In this document: in pieces, positions 14,420 to 28,129 of the stretch
Position numbering within the stretch: the first letter of the stretch is position 1
Layout of the letters: every line of letters begins with the position of its first letter
Origin: Octopus sinensis
Taxonomy: Eukaryota
Assembly: GCF_006345805.1 (NCBI RefSeq)
Contig: NC_042997.1
Span: forward strand, 13,020,001-13,084,000
Length of the DNA: 64,000 nucleotides
Direction: 5' to 3'
Made by a program: the position numbers and the translations under genes
The notes under the pieces: model-generated
The model's input: the letters and a program-made list of their open reading frames with translations, nothing else
Database searches by the model: none
Told to the model about the DNA's origin: nothing

Positions 14420-16505
14420 CATAGTCATCGTCATAAAACCGGCAGACAAGACTGGAGCCGTGGTGGTGTGGGGCACGGACCTCTAGAAAACGGAAGCTCT
14501 CCAACTTCAAGACACCTCATTCCACTGCCCTTTGCACTACAACCCCACACCCAGCTACCAACAGACTGTGTCCTCCACTATCCATGACGTCATCTCCTAC
14601 TCCCATCTCCCCCACTGCCTCTAACCTCATTGTCCGCACCACTCGCGCCCCCATAATTTACTTCCTTCCCAAAATCCACAAACCTAACAACCCTGGCCAC
14701 CCACCGTCTCCGCCGGCAACTGCCCCACCGAACTCATCTCCAGATATCTTGACCGTGTCCTTGCCCTCTAGCGGCTTCCCTCCCCTCTCACATCCATTTC
14801 CTTCTCTTTTTAATATGTTTCACCGTACTTTTCGCTTGTTCATCTCTTTCTCCTCTCCTGGCCCCTCTAAACTTCCCTTAACACTTGACATCAAGAGCCT
14901 ATGCACAGTGATCCCTCACTACGAGGGGCTGTGTGCACTCTAACATTTCCTTGACCTTCGACTTAGCCCCCAACTTGACACATCCACTCTCCCTCGTCTG
15001 GACGAACATGTCCTCTCACTTAACTGCTTCTCGTTCGTGGGTGATTTTTACCAGCAAATCTCGGGAGTGGCCATAGGAACGAGAATGGGACCCAACTATG
15101 CGAACCTATTCTTTGGCTACGTTAAGGTCCAAATATTCTCAAGTTTCACTGGACCCACTCTCAAACTATACGGTCGTTATATTGACGAGTGCATCGGTGC
15201 CATCTCACTCCCCCGCAAACATATAGACTCCTTCATCTCTTGTCAAATCTTTCCATTCTGCCCTCCACTTCCTCGGCACTATTTCCGACCCATCAGTCGC
15301 CTTTCTCGACGTTTTGGTCAGCATTCATCACACCACTCTCACCTCCTCCATCCACTACAAACACACAGACTCACACTCATACCTCAACTTCTCCTCCTCC
15401 CACCCTAAACACACCAAGCTCTCCATCCCTATTCTCAATTGCATCTGCTCTCTCTCCTGCACCCGTCTCCCATTTCCCCTCACCTACCACCCCATCACGC
15501 TACCTCTCCAACGCAGCATTCTCCAAGCCTTCCGGCGACTCAAATTCGACCCGTCCACATCGCACATCTTCCCTAACCGACTCCTCCCCTCCTTCAATCG
15601 AGCCCACAACCTACGTGGGAGGTTGGGTCAGCCCACAACCTGACCCGACCTCCCAACCCGGCTCGTTCCGCTGCTCCCACCCACACTGCCGCACTTGCCC
15701 TTAACTTTCCAACACCACCCTCCTCACAGGCACTCATCATCGACCCAATCATATCACTGACTCCTTCACCTGCACTTCTAGCAACGTTATCTACTGCATC
15801 TCCTGCTCTCTCTATCCTTCTTTATACATCGGTCAAACGAGACGCTTGACTGACCGGTTCGCGGAAAACCTCCGAGACATCCGACTCGGCAATGACACCC
15901 CGGCTTCGCGCTATTTCCGCTCTACCGGTCATTCTTTACAACACTTGTCTGTGTTCGGATTTTCCTTGCACAGGTGCCATCCGGACTCCCGTCTTCGCCG
16001 TGAACATGTATTAATCTTCTTTCTGCGCTCCTTTGCCCCTCATGGCGTCTACACTCCTCCCCTTTTCATCTAACGCTCCTCCTCTCTCCTCTTTTCCTCT
16101 CACACAAATTTCTTCCCACCCACACACACACCATCACATTACATCACACCATTTCACACCACCCCGCACGCACTAGCAGTGACCACTTCCCAGCAGCCAC
16201 ACCATCATCCACACGCCTACATATGCACACAAACATACACACACGTCAAAATCACCAGTTCTCTTCCATACGTACATATTATCTCCCCTTCTACCTAGCT
16301 CTCCTGTGTGACCCCTCTTCTCGGCATTCGCCATAATAGGTCGCTAACCACTAAACCTTTGCCTTTTCGCTCCGTTTCTTTCTGTATTCCTTTTTGTCGA
16401 AGAGCGTAGACTTTCTCACCACTTCCCGATCGTTAAACTCATACATCCGTATGTTGTTTACGCACACCGTCATCGTCTTCTGTTTTTTTTTTTTTTTGTA
16501 AATTC
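14420..16505 (+). mobile_element. 5'-truncated, more degraded PLE of the same family as 7713-11645
   Basis: IKPADKTGAVVVW, YFLPKIHKPNNPG, LDIKSLCT, GVAIGTRMGPNYANLF, YGRYIDE and GIY-YIG remnant ending 16073; tail with partly deleted hammerhead. Confidence 0.92.
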
Positions 16506-16984
16506 TCACTATGTGCCCCAGCATGGCCACAGCTCGTGAGCTGAAACTAGAATCAATCAGTCAATCATATATATATATATACAGAGCAATAAGAAAATGG
16601 AGAGGATCAACGTGTGGTTCATCAACTTTTAGACATATTATTATGTCAACTTATTTATTTACTAAAATAGCAATTACAAGAATATACATACATGTCTAAC
16701 ATATTATGCTTTACATATAAAATATATTAATGTATAAAGATACCAGTAATTATTAAAATATAACACACACGAATATAAATTGGGAAAATAACTTACAGCT
16801 GTTTCAGCCAAGATGCAAAAATACCTCATTCTAATTTTATTCCTCCAGTAGACTTCATTGTTCATTCCTATCATCACTTTCTACATATTACCTCTCAGTG
16901 TTCGACTAAAGCTTCGTTCAGAAGCATACGTATATTGAATTCTACACCAGGTTATTTGTACCGCAGTACTGTATGTGTGTTTCT

Positions 16985-17205
16985 CTTTGTGTCTGTATTT
17001 GTTCCCCATCGCCGTTTGACAACCGGTGTTGCACTGTTTACGTCCACATAACTTAGCGATTCGGAACAAGCTACGGATAGAATAAGTATCAGGGTTTAAA
17101 TAAAAAATAAATACAGAGATCAATATATTCGACTACAAATTTTTCGAGGTGGTGCCCAAGCGCGGCCGCAGTCTAGTAAATGAAACGAGTAAAAGATAAA
17201 AGAGA
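16985..17205 (+). mobile_element. Family C SINE, tail half
   Basis: tttgacaaccggtgttg...acttagcgattcgg...ggtgcccaagcgcggccgcagtc matches the family tail. Confidence 0.75.
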
Positions 17206-17254
17206 GTGAACAATATTATATTTGTTTTTTTAATTGTATACATATATTTTATCT

Positions 17255-17579
17255 TTTTTTATTCTTTGTTTCACTCATTGGTCTACAGCCTAGCTGTGGT
17301 ACCGCCCTGGAGTGTTTAAGCGAACATATAAATATATGTCTTGTCTCTTTTTCTGAAATGCTAAGTTATGTGGACGTAAAGAAACCGACACCGGTAGTCA
17401 AGCGGTGATTATGGACAAACACAAAATCACACATACATAATCTTAAGCATGTATTTATACACGATGGAATTTCACGCAGTTCATATCTCTACAATTCCAC
17501 ACACAAGCCATTAGTCGCCCAGGGTATAATTGCAACTGAAGACATTCGCCCAACGTGCAGCATGCACAGTGGAACTGAA
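17255..17579 (-). mobile_element. Degenerate family C SINE truncated at its B-box
   Basis: Tail and CORE motifs recognisable; ends cagtggaactgaa. Confidence 0.7.
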
Positions 17580-17750
17580 AGGAAAATCCACGAATGAGAA
17601 GCAGTTAAGTGAGAGGACAAGTTCGGCCAGACGAGGGAGTGCGGATGTATCAGGTTGGGGGTTGAGTCGAAGGTTAAGGAAATGTTGGAGTGCATGCAGC
17701 CCCTCAAAGTGAGGGATCACGTATATAGGCTCTTGATGTCAAGAGTGAAA
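17580..17750 (-). mobile_element. PLE RT fragment (same family, closer to the 14.4-kb copy)
   Basis: Minus translation IPHFEGLHALQHFLNLR.NPQPDTSALPRLAELVLSLNCFS. Confidence 0.88.
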
Positions 17751-19405
17751 ATATTGCACGAAATATATGAATACAGAGCACAGGAAATTGTTCTTAAAGT
17801 ATTTTAGCATGGAATCTTCACTATCGTAGGTGTGTTAGACATAAAATGTTTAATGCTCGGGTCATTATAAAATCTAAAGTAATTACAGAATCATTATAAA
17901 AGATATTAGTAATAGAGAATTCCCTTTAAGTATTTCGGCAACTACGGCTTTTATTTTGGCGTCCAACAGTTGTTGGAGATATTAACAAATAAATATAAAC
18001 ACTTAAAATTATAATGGTCATTGACTGATATGGTCTTATGCTCTTACATAATTATATCCTGGATGATTTTGTAGTGACCTCTTGCTTAACTTAACTATTG
18101 GCTTCCATGCAGAATGCGTCGCTGAGTTATACTATTAATCATATTGTTTTATACATGATCTGTAAAATGTATCTTCAGTCATCCTAGCTGATACCTATAA
18201 ATGAGAATGATGTCATGCATACTTAATCGGATCATCTGTTATTTTCAATCGGAACAGTCAACTTGAAAAATACGTAAACGTTATCTTGAATTACGTATAC
18301 ATTCGATTCATCATTGCCTCCAACCGTTGCAGGTGGTATAAATAAATATATACGCATACACTCATATACGCATTAGTGTGTCTATGTATGGGTATGAGTA
18401 TTTGTCTGTGTGTCTAGCTATTTTTCTCTAATTAGTGTTTTTACCACTTTGCCTGACTCTACTGAGTATCTCTGAGAAAAAAAAAAAAGAAAAGAAAACC
18501 GAATTCTGCAAGCTGCGATTCAAGAATTTCCTTGGGTTGCAGCATTCTTTCTGCAAAATTCTGTCTTATCTTATTTCTTCGTTTTCTGCATTTTTTTCAT
18601 GATGCTGTTGGAATAAGACAGACGAGTTTCTATCGATCTCCGTCCTAATTTAATTTGTGTTCTCAACAGGTTTAATATATTTCGGAGATTAATAGTAGCT
18701 GATTACTTATCTACTACTTTATCTTTGTTTTCCGATATTTTTTTTATTCGATGCGTGTGTTTTTCTATTGTATGTATCATCCAAAGTCTTTTATCGTTCT
18801 TTATCCTAGCTTGAGGACACAAGACTGTTAGGTGTGAGGACAATGTCTTTGTTGAATGTGCCAGATCAAACTTCTGTATAGAATTTTTTCACATATATAT
18901 ATATATAGTATCTTTTGTTTTTGTTTCGAGTTGTTTCTGAAGAAATGTTTTGATGCAAGAGAGACGAACGTAATTAAATAATATAGCTATACTGCACGTT
19001 TCTTCTATGAAGTCTACCAACAACATATTATAAATACATATGTCAGTATATTATATCTTCTGAAATAAATTCCGAGAAAAAGAGTGATTCCTTACATGGT
19101 AAATCTTTTTATCCTCTGCCTTTTAGGTGCTGAATCACGTTGATACATTCATTCCTATTAGTCTACGATATCATGCTTATTCTATATACAGATCGTTTAT
19201 TTTTCTATTTCCTTATTTCTACAAAAGATTTTGCCCTAGAGTTTAAGAAAGAAATTACTATAATCTCGGATTTGAAGATATTCGAAGTGCGAGTATGGTG
19301 AAATCATTTAAATATATTTCGCTATATGCTTACAGTATAATACAGAGTTAGCGTGTGAAATGTCTTCCATCAGCTTCAGAAATAATTATAGAAGAATACT
19401 ATATT

Positions 19406-19987
19406 TTATTCTACTCTAGGCACAAGGCTCGACATTTTTTGGGAGGGGGCCAGTCGATTAGATCGACCCCAGTACGCAACTGGTAATTAATTTATCGACC
19501 CTGAAAGGATGAAAGGCAAAGTCGACCTCTGCGAAATTTGAACTCAGAATGTAACGGCAGACGAAATACCTATTTCTTTACTACCCACAAGGGGCTAAAC
19601 ACAGGGGGGGCAAACAAGGACAGACAAACGGATTAAGTCGATTATATCGATCCCAGGGCGTAACTGGTTCTTAATTTTATCGACCCCGAAAGGATGAAAG
19701 GCAAAGTCGACCTCGGCGGAATTTGAACTCAGAATGTAACGGCAGACGAAATACCTATTTCTTTATTACCCACAAATGGCTAAACATAGAGGGGACAAAC
19801 AAGGACAGACATAGGTATTAAGTCGATTACATCGACCCCAGTTCGTAACTGGTACTTAATTTATCGACCCCGATAGGATGAAAGGCAAAGTCGACCTCGG
19901 CGGAATTCGAACTCAGAACGTAACGGCAGACGAAATACCGTTAGGCATTTCGCCCGGCGTGCTAACGATTCTGCCAGCTTGCCACCC
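19406..19987 (-). mobile_element. Trimeric array of tRNA-SINE family M (one head, three bodies and tails)
   Basis: Three gtcgactttgcctttcatcc bodies; junctions at 19570/19571 and 19755/19756; flanking duplication atagaagaata(c/t)tatatt at 19388-19405 and 19990-20007. Confidence 0.92.
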
Positions 19988-20717
19988 TCATAGAAGAATA
20001 TTATATTCGCATTAATGAACAGTTCATTGTGTATAGCAGCCCACTATTTAATGGAACCTATTCTCTTACCGGTAAAAACGAATGCATATTTATTTAAAAG
20101 GTCAGCTATATACAAAGCGGTGTACCGTTAAGTGTATTGTTTAGCTAGTACTACATAATCCTATCCATCATATATTGAATATCTGAGCCGTAGATCTTAT
20201 GACGGCTCTCAACTTTGAAGAACTTTTTAAAACTACAGTATTTCATTGATACGTTGCTAAAATGCAAAGGGAGCTATGAATAATAGCTGATAATATAAGA
20301 GGCAGACATTAGACGGGGAAAAAAGCAAATAAATTCACAAGTTTACCTTATATTGTACATCACTTCGCATCATAATGGAAAGTTCATTATATGTGAATCC
20401 AATGACAGAATATATTCATGGCAGTCACTGGTTACTTTATATACCCAAACCAGTATGTGTGCAACATGCTCAAACAAACTGCGTAATGTAGGTGTAAGTG
20501 TGTATGTATGTATTAATGTGTATCTGTGTATGTACCTATTCTATATCAACGTGCATGTGTATTTACGTGTATATTCATATTTATATTTATAAGTTAGCCA
20601 CAGCAAGGAAACAATTAGGGCTTGTCTCCCGTGATCTGTATATTTATTTGCTCATCCTCAAATCCAGCATAGTCTCGTGAAGCGTCGTGTATTCTCATCA
20701 AAGATGGAAATGAGTAC

Positions 20718-20793
20718 CAACGTCCCATGTAGAAGGCTTGATAATTGCTGAGAAATTTTCACTCGTCATGAAACCAATAGTAGCCTTGTTAAC
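20718..20793 (-). CDS. Candidate 76-nt exon (VNKATIGFMTSENFSAIIKPSTWDV)
   Basis: Strong acceptor ttatttatttgtAG, weak donor TTG|GTACTC, one open frame. Confidence 0.2.
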
Positions 20794-20860
20794 CTACAAA
20801 TAAATAATATTTATCCACCAATAAGTCTCACTGTTTGATACTAGCATAAATATACTTATA

Positions 20861-21035
20861 GGAGGCGGTGCGGAAAAGTTTCTGGCTTTGGGTAAAAGAA
20901 ATTACAAGAGGATCAGTATTGATTTTATTCAGCATATTCCCCTCTTAGATTCATATACATATTACAGCTAGGTTGGGCCGCCGACCTGTTCTGTTGCGAT
21001 AACCTTAAAGCCAGGAATTTTTCATCACCCCCTCG
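20861..21035. mobile_element. Mariner-type MITE
   Basis: Imperfect TIRs of about 30 bp (ggaggcggtgcggaaaagtttctggcttt / aaagccaggaatttttcatcaccccctcg) with TA on both sides. Confidence 0.8.
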
Positions 21036-21189
21036 TATGTGTTTGATGTTTATGTATATGAATATATATGTGTATATACTTATATACTATATAAGCTGTT
21101 AAATAATAGATATAAATACATAATATCTAAAATAGCTAGGGAGATGTATAGATAAAATTATATATAAGTGGTTGTCTAAGTGGCTATGT

Positions 21190-21490
21190 GGAGGCGCAAT
21201 GACCCAATGGTTAGGGCAGCGGACTCGCGGTCGTAGGATTGCGGTTTCGATTCCCAGACCGGGCGTTGTGAGTGTTTATTGAGCGAAAACACTAAAAGCT
21301 CCACGAGGCTCCGGCAGGTGGGTTGTGGCGATCCCTGCTGTACTCTTTCGCCACAACTTTCTCTCACTCTTTCTTCTGTTGGCCTGCTCGCTTAGCCAGC
21401 GGGGTGGCGTCATTTGAAGGCTAAAACAATGCGAAGCATATTGTGACCAGCAACATCTGATAGCCTGGTCGGTCACGGTGATCACGGTGA
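21190..21490 (+). mobile_element. tRNA-SINE family R, tail X, essentially full length
   Basis: A-box tgacccaatgg, B-box ggtttcgattcc, 3' tcacggtga repeats; homologue on minus at 35095-35372. Confidence 0.88.
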
Positions 21491-21889
21491 TAAGTGGTTA
21501 TATCAAAATGGAGACTAGAATGCTAGGTATATTTCTAAATCCATGTTACACTACAGTATAGGAAATGCATTACAATATGAATATTAATGTTAATAAAATT
21601 ACAAGTATAATGTATTCATAATAGAAAGCATGCAAAAAACATGTTTAGAATTTACCATCTCAGACAAAGAATTTATTTGAAAGTTAATAGGAAAACATGT
21701 ATGTAAATGTGTGTTCATTTGTTAAATTTCATAACTACAATGCATTTATTATTTCTAAATTGCGTAAGTTAATTCATGAGTGAATAATTCATAATTCAAT
21801 CATATGTATTCGAAATTCATTAAACACACACACACACACACGCGCGCAAACATCTTTGCTGTACTAAGATGCGTAGAGTAGCGATTATA

Positions 21890-22180
21890 GTAACCGACTC
21901 ACGATCGTAATGTCGTGCGTTCAATCTCAGCGCTGTGTTGTGTCCTTGAGCAAGGTACTTTATTTCACATTGCTGTAGTCCACTCAGATGGCGCCAAAAA
22001 ATCAGTAGTACCAGTAATTCAAAGGGAATAACCTTGTCACATTCTATACCACACTGAATATCCCTGAGAACTATGTCATGGGTACACGTGTCTGTAGAGT
22101 GCTCAGCCACTTACAACTTAATTTCATGAGCAGGCAGTACCGTTGAACGGAACTCGAGTCGTCGTAATCGATGGAGTGTC
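21890..22180 (+). mobile_element. Degenerate tRNA-SINE with CORE-like centre and tail Y
   Basis: gttgtgtccttgagcaagg centre; tail ctgaatatccctgagaact...gagtgctcagccactta shared with 39083-39410. Confidence 0.78.
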
Positions 22181-22493
22181 ACATATCCTTGCCAATCCCA
22201 ATTTAATACGCCTGCTCTTCTTTTGATACTGTTCGACCATCTTACATTCTAACGAATACCGCCCACACCAAATGCCACAATTCCTCTTTCGTTCTTTTGG
22301 AGCTATTTTGATGACGATTGAATTCTATTTTGCGCTCCACAGCCATTCTCTCTTCTAATTCAATCCTTTTAAATAATCTGTGTTTTGGTAAAATACTTTG
22401 TAGCGTTCGGCGGTTCACTGTAATTATATATATAATAATTGGCCCTTCCCACCAAGGTGGCCCCATGTTTTCCTTCTCCCTCAAAGATTTTGG

Positions 22494-22895
22494 CTGTGTG
22501 GTAAGTAGCTTGCTAACCAACCACATGGTTCCGGGTTCAGTCCCACTGTGTGGCACCTTGGGCAAGTGTCTTCTGCTATAGCCCCGGGCCGACCAATGCC
22601 TTGTGAGTGGATTTGGTAGACGGAAACTGAAAGAAGCCCGTCGTATATATGTGTATATATATGTGTGTGTGCGTGTATGTCTGTGTGTCTGTGTTTGTCC
22701 CCCTAGCATTGCTTGACAACCGATGCTGGTATGTTTACGTACCCGTTACTTAGCGGTTCGGCAAAAGAGACCGATAGAATAAGTACTGGGCTTACAAACG
22801 AATAAGTCCCGGGATCGAGTTGCTCGATTAAAAAAGGCGGTGCTCCAGCATGGCCGCAGTCAAATGACTGAAACAAGTAAAAGAGTAAAAGAGTA
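22494..22895 (+). mobile_element. Family C CORE-like SINE
   Basis: ggctgtgtggtaag...gggttcagtccc...ccttgggcaagtgtcttc...gaaacaagtaaaagagtaaaagag. Confidence 0.9.
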
Positions 22896-23559
22896 AATAA
22901 AATAGATCTTCCGATTTTTCATGTCTGTTGGCAGCCATTATCATTATTCATTCTGAATATCGCCTATCATTCTATTTATCACACACTATGTATTAACGTC
23001 ACAAGATATATACATATTTCTATATAAATACATTCATGCATACCTACATATATATACACATGTATCCTCATCACATTATGACGGTATATATGCGCATGTG
23101 TATGTGTATGTATGTACGTATATATGTATGTATGTGTGTGTGCATATATATGTATATATATATCTATACATATATATATGTATATATATATATATATATA
23201 TTATATATATCCTTATATATATATAAGAGGTTAGTAGGGTTAGAGGTTGAAAAAATCGTCTAAGGGGTAAAAGTATCCGTTATACCACCGGTATAATTAC
23301 CTGTGTTAACCCTGGCCTAGTCAATTAAGAATTTGATAGTCTAGTACCTAGCTTAGGTACTGTGGATTTTAGTTCATAAGTTAGACTTTGTATTATAATT
23401 TCGCAATTTAGGTCACTTCGCTAGTCATTACCTCCCTTTAAACGTAATTATCCTCTTTATCACTCTCCCTATTTCTTTTTCTACTAATTAATTCGTTTCT
23501 TTGTCTACTAATTCCACACTCCTACTTTACAAAGCTTTTTGACCATTTGCGGCTCCGCC

Positions 23560-23810
23560 TCCACAATCGCCTTCCTAATTGTCCAAATAGATACATCTCT
23601 ATATTCTAATGGTATTGCTGGTATTGTTCATTCCTTCGCATGGTACTTGTTTATACATTTGTATTTTTTTAATATACAATGTTCCAAGCGGTTTTGGGCC
23701 CCTTACAACATACAGTAATTTTCCATACTTTTATTTATTTAATTGTCTATTTATACCAACCCGTATAACGGTCGTAACAGCTTTCCCTTTGTTTTTAAAT
23801 TTAAATGAAC
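23560..23810 (-). mobile_element. Possible decayed LINE ORF1 (gag-like) remnant
   Basis: Minus translation TTVIRVGI...YGKLLYVVRGPKPL...YKQVPCE loosely resembles the region before a zinc knuckle; the Cys/His residues are mostly lost. Confidence 0.2.
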
Positions 23811-24758
23811 AATTATATCGAAAACTGGACATTGGTCAATCTCATTACGGGTAAAAGGTGATTGGATTCAACCACATATCAGTAAGTAAATACTTTATTA
23901 GGATAAAAACTATTAATTAGTACTATAAACTAAACATAATTATTAAAAACTATTATGATTGTTTCAAAACGTTATAGCACTCTCACTCCCATTTTGACTA
24001 AACCTACTGACGTATCCCGTTATTGGAATTTTTTTTTTTTTTGATTTTTAGCTTTATTACTTATCCACCATTTTATCACCATAGAAAACTATTACCCACC
24101 AATTACTATTTTAAGCTTAATCATTTACTCAACGTATAAAAGCGACACATAAGCAAAATGGTATGATTTAAACGTATTAAACCTTTCTCTTTCCCCTCGA
24201 GGCTCTCCTTTTCTTTTCTTTCCTTTTATGTATGTATTTTCCTCACGTTGATGAAGCACCATATTCCAAATCGGATTTACTACCAAATATGAAAAATATT
24301 ATTTTTAGAATATCAATGGCAATACCACATCACACTGGAATCAGAAACAGCTGTTAGATGGGATACAGTTTATTTGTATTGAATTAAAAAAAGATAACTT
24401 AAATTCTTGTGGGTTATTAACCCATATATACACTTGTTTGCGTTTTCGCAACGCAAAACCTGCTCCTACTTGTTGGGATATGAACTCGACGGGAAGCATC
24501 TGCCTGAGCATACGAAATATTCAGTAGGTAGTCGACACCCGTTGCTAACAGTTACACACTGCCCTCTTCCAGATTGCGAAAGCTTACCATAACGTTTAAT
24601 CGAAATACTGTGAAATTTTTTTATAGGTATATATGGGTTAAGGGAGACAGCAATCGCCACAAACAATACTGCGACTCTTACTATGACCAACACCGCGACT
24701 ACTGCTAGATTGTAGACGGACGACAACTATAAGCCGTTATGATTACTACTAGCTAGAT

Positions 24759-24996
24759 CAGTGGTTCTCAACCGGGGCCATATAAGATTTTGCTGTTAAA
24801 ATTTATGTGCCTTAAATTGCTTACATTTCTACAATACACGGAAGTTTTTTAGCTTTTTTCATATAATTCCTAATAATATTTAATTATAAATATACAATAG
24901 GATTCTCCTATATACATCGAATGCGTATGGAAGCCCAGTAGAGTAAATCAGAAATCAAAGGGGTCCATAGGTAAAAACAATGGTTGAGAACTACTG
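24759..24996. mobile_element. hAT (Charlie-like) MITE
   Basis: TIRs CAGTGGTTCTCAACC / GGTTGAGAACTACTG; 8-bp TSD agctagat / agctagct. Confidence 0.9.
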
Positions 24997-25819
24997 AGCT
25001 AGCTGGAATTCTGTTATAAACCACTGGGTCCTAACTGCTGTTGCTACTATCATTGTCCCTCATCTCATCACTACGAGACCGCTATCATTAACCAGCCACC
25101 ACTTCCAATAGCAACAATAGCAAAAAGGAGGGAAAGAAACACAGCACCGCGTAATCTCTAGAAAACCAAGCGAACTTCCAGAACAGATAATATGAAAGTT
25201 TAATGTAATTAAATTTATTTAAATTTAATTTCCTTTGTCTTCCAACGTGAGGGGGTTGTGTTAAAGCGGTCGAAACTGGTGGCTGCTACTATAGCCTTGG
25301 GCCGACCAAAGCTGTGTAAGTGGATTTGGTAGACAGAAATTGTAAATCCGCCGTATATAAGTGTGTGTGTAAATATATCCGGATGAATTTATCTTCGTCC
25401 TTTAGTAGGAATTGTTTCCATAGATTTCTAATATCTTTTCCTCATCCGTTATTTACGAATTTTGAAATCGCATAGGTATGAAAGTATATAAAGAAATAAT
25501 CAATATAAGACTTAATTTATTAAACAAAGTTCAAGAAATTTCATCAAATAAATGAAATGAAACAGATTGGATGTTAAAATGGTTATCCTTTTATCTCATA
25601 TTCTGAGACAATTGTTTCGAACAAAAAAATCAAGATTTCCATAAAGGGAACATCATAAAGGTCGAATTTGTACTCTTCAGTAGCTGAGATTTAAAGGAAA
25701 ATAAAATTAAACAAAAAGGCATTTAAAATACACGTAGAATCTTTCTTAGATATTATTATCATTTAGTTGTTTGTATATTCATTCTTTCACTTTCAATGAT
25801 TTGAATCATAACTATGTGT

Positions 25820-25985
25820 GGATGTGTGTCTTTATGGCTATGTTTTCCGTCCCTATAACCTAGCAGTTCGGCAAAACAGACCAAGGCTTAAAAAAAGTCT
25901 TGCGGTCGATTTGTTCGACTAACATACCCTTCACTTCAAGGCGGTACTTCAGCATGGCCACAGTCAAATGACTGGAATAAGTAAA
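25820..25985 (+). mobile_element. Family C SINE tail half (a further partial lies at about 25275-25380)
   Basis: cttagcagttcggcaaaa...cagcatggccacagtcaaatgactgg. Confidence 0.72.
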
Positions 25986-26695
25986 AGATAATCATTTTCT
26001 TTGACTCGTGTTCGGTTTGCAAGATTTTTGCTTTGAATTCGTGTTGTTGAAACAAATTATATTGTGTATTAGGAGAGTGATTACGCTAATATCAATGACA
26101 CACGCAGTGGTCCGGTTCCATTTCCTCACTGTTAGGCGATTGGTTAAATATCTAACCAACTACTTGATCATTTGTACCCACAAAGACACAAAAGTGCATC
26201 CAAGCAGTCACGAGGGCATACACACACACACTACACGCACGTACATGTATACATTCATAAAAACTCTTTGTTTATTCTCACCCTTACCTCCTCTCCAAAG
26301 CAAACACATATCTGCATAAACATACGAGCATGCATACACAGGTATAAGGCCAAGTGTCTGACAGGCTTAGTGCTAACCTTGTAGAGAGAGGGTCACTAAA
26401 AAGTCACTAAAAAGGCCGCGAATGGCAACGTAAAACAGAAACTAACATATTGATTGTTTAAAACAGCACACTAAACAAACGATCGATTAGTTAGTTGGTT
26501 ACATATTTAACCATTTGACTAACGATAAAGAAGCGGTATTGAACCAGTGCGTGTCTTACTATTATTGGCGGCATGACTATCCCTAGAACACATTAAAAAA
26601 ATTTTTCAATAACATACTACTGTGAAATTTTCAAAACTTTGTGTGTGTGTTGTGTGTGTTGCGTGCGCGTGCGTGCGTGTGTACATGTGCATGTG

Positions 26696-26772
<77 letters not shown>

Positions 26773-27304
26773 CTTTTTGGATGAGTATAACACAGAATTA
26801 AAGAAACAATAATAAAAACCCATTAAATATACGACTATACATAAGACGATATACACAATATAAGACTATACATGGAACTATATACGTAAACATACGTGAA
26901 TATATACATAGAAAAAGGAAACAATGTGATGAGGAAGAACTAAATCAAAGATATACCACAGGGATTCTAAACCTAAGTTCTATTGCACAAAATACATTTT
27001 AGTGAACCAAATCTGTCTTTTCTGGTGGCTAATTCAATGAGTGACAGGGATGATACGACTAGTTCCTATGTGGCAAGCTATTCTCACGGATGCTCGCAGC
27101 CGGATATACACTATAGGAATAAAAAACCTTGACAGACTAAACAATGTATTCTTTCTTAATTATGCAAGCGACGATTGAGTCACGAGCTACAAATTTTGAA
27201 AAGAATATACCATTCTGTTCATCCTATGCCTAAATCCTTTTATATTTCTTTCTACCTCTCCATTCATATACATACGTATATATAAATATACATATACAAA
27301 CGTA

Positions 27305-27371
<67 letters not shown>

Positions 27372-28129
27372 GCACATATATGTATGTATTATATGTATCA
27401 AATGTATCTCTAGAAATATATATATATATATAAATATATATATATATATGGAGAGAATCATATATACGCATATATATATGTGTGTGAGTGTTTGTACTAT
27501 ATATTTACTGTGTTATATCCAGTCATTATGCCACCTGCAAACATCGTTGTTGTACGAATGCTAGTACAATATGCATTCATTCATTTAGCAATCTAACAAA
27601 ACAACTTTGAATTACTTTTCACTCTTCATTGAACATCACCTTATTCTCTTAACAAAATGTGACCTTTAAAGTATATTATTGATTGTATGTACAATGTTTA
27701 ATACTTAATACATAATGTTAATCAGAGATTGGTTTGGAACGATTTCTTAAATTTTATTCTACTTGATTGAATGACTCACAGACCAAGAAAAATAACGAAG
27801 AATTAAGGAATCTCTGATGCTAAAGCTAAATATAATCCTGCAATACAATTGGTGTCATGTAGACGCGTTTTAATGTAGCATCGTGTTTAGTGAAACAAGT
27901 AACAGTTGAACACTGGGGTCGTTGTAATCGACTTACCCTTTGCCCCTAAACCGCTAACCCTGTGCCCAAATTTGAAATCAATATAGTATCGTGTTAAGGT
28001 TGAATTTTCTTAATATATCGAAATGTGAAATTTATATATTCTCATACACATAGCCAGATACATACATTGACACACGTACAGATAGACATATATTTTTTTA
28101 TATTCTACCTTTTAATTTCTTTATTGTCG

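Noticed and set aside
19406-19987. CRISPR-like array
   Set aside because: The repeats are long SINE bodies without unique spacers, the context is eukaryotic, and there are no cas genes.
21190-21270. SINE heads as genuine tRNA genes
   Set aside because: A and B boxes are present, but there is no complete cloverleaf or acceptor stem and they continue into SINE bodies.
22180-22493. Unique 310-bp segment between two SINEs (ORF with PPWWEGP and TKEELW)
   Set aside because: Only a vague resemblance to BEL or Tc1 motifs or to an exon; not enough conserved residues to call.
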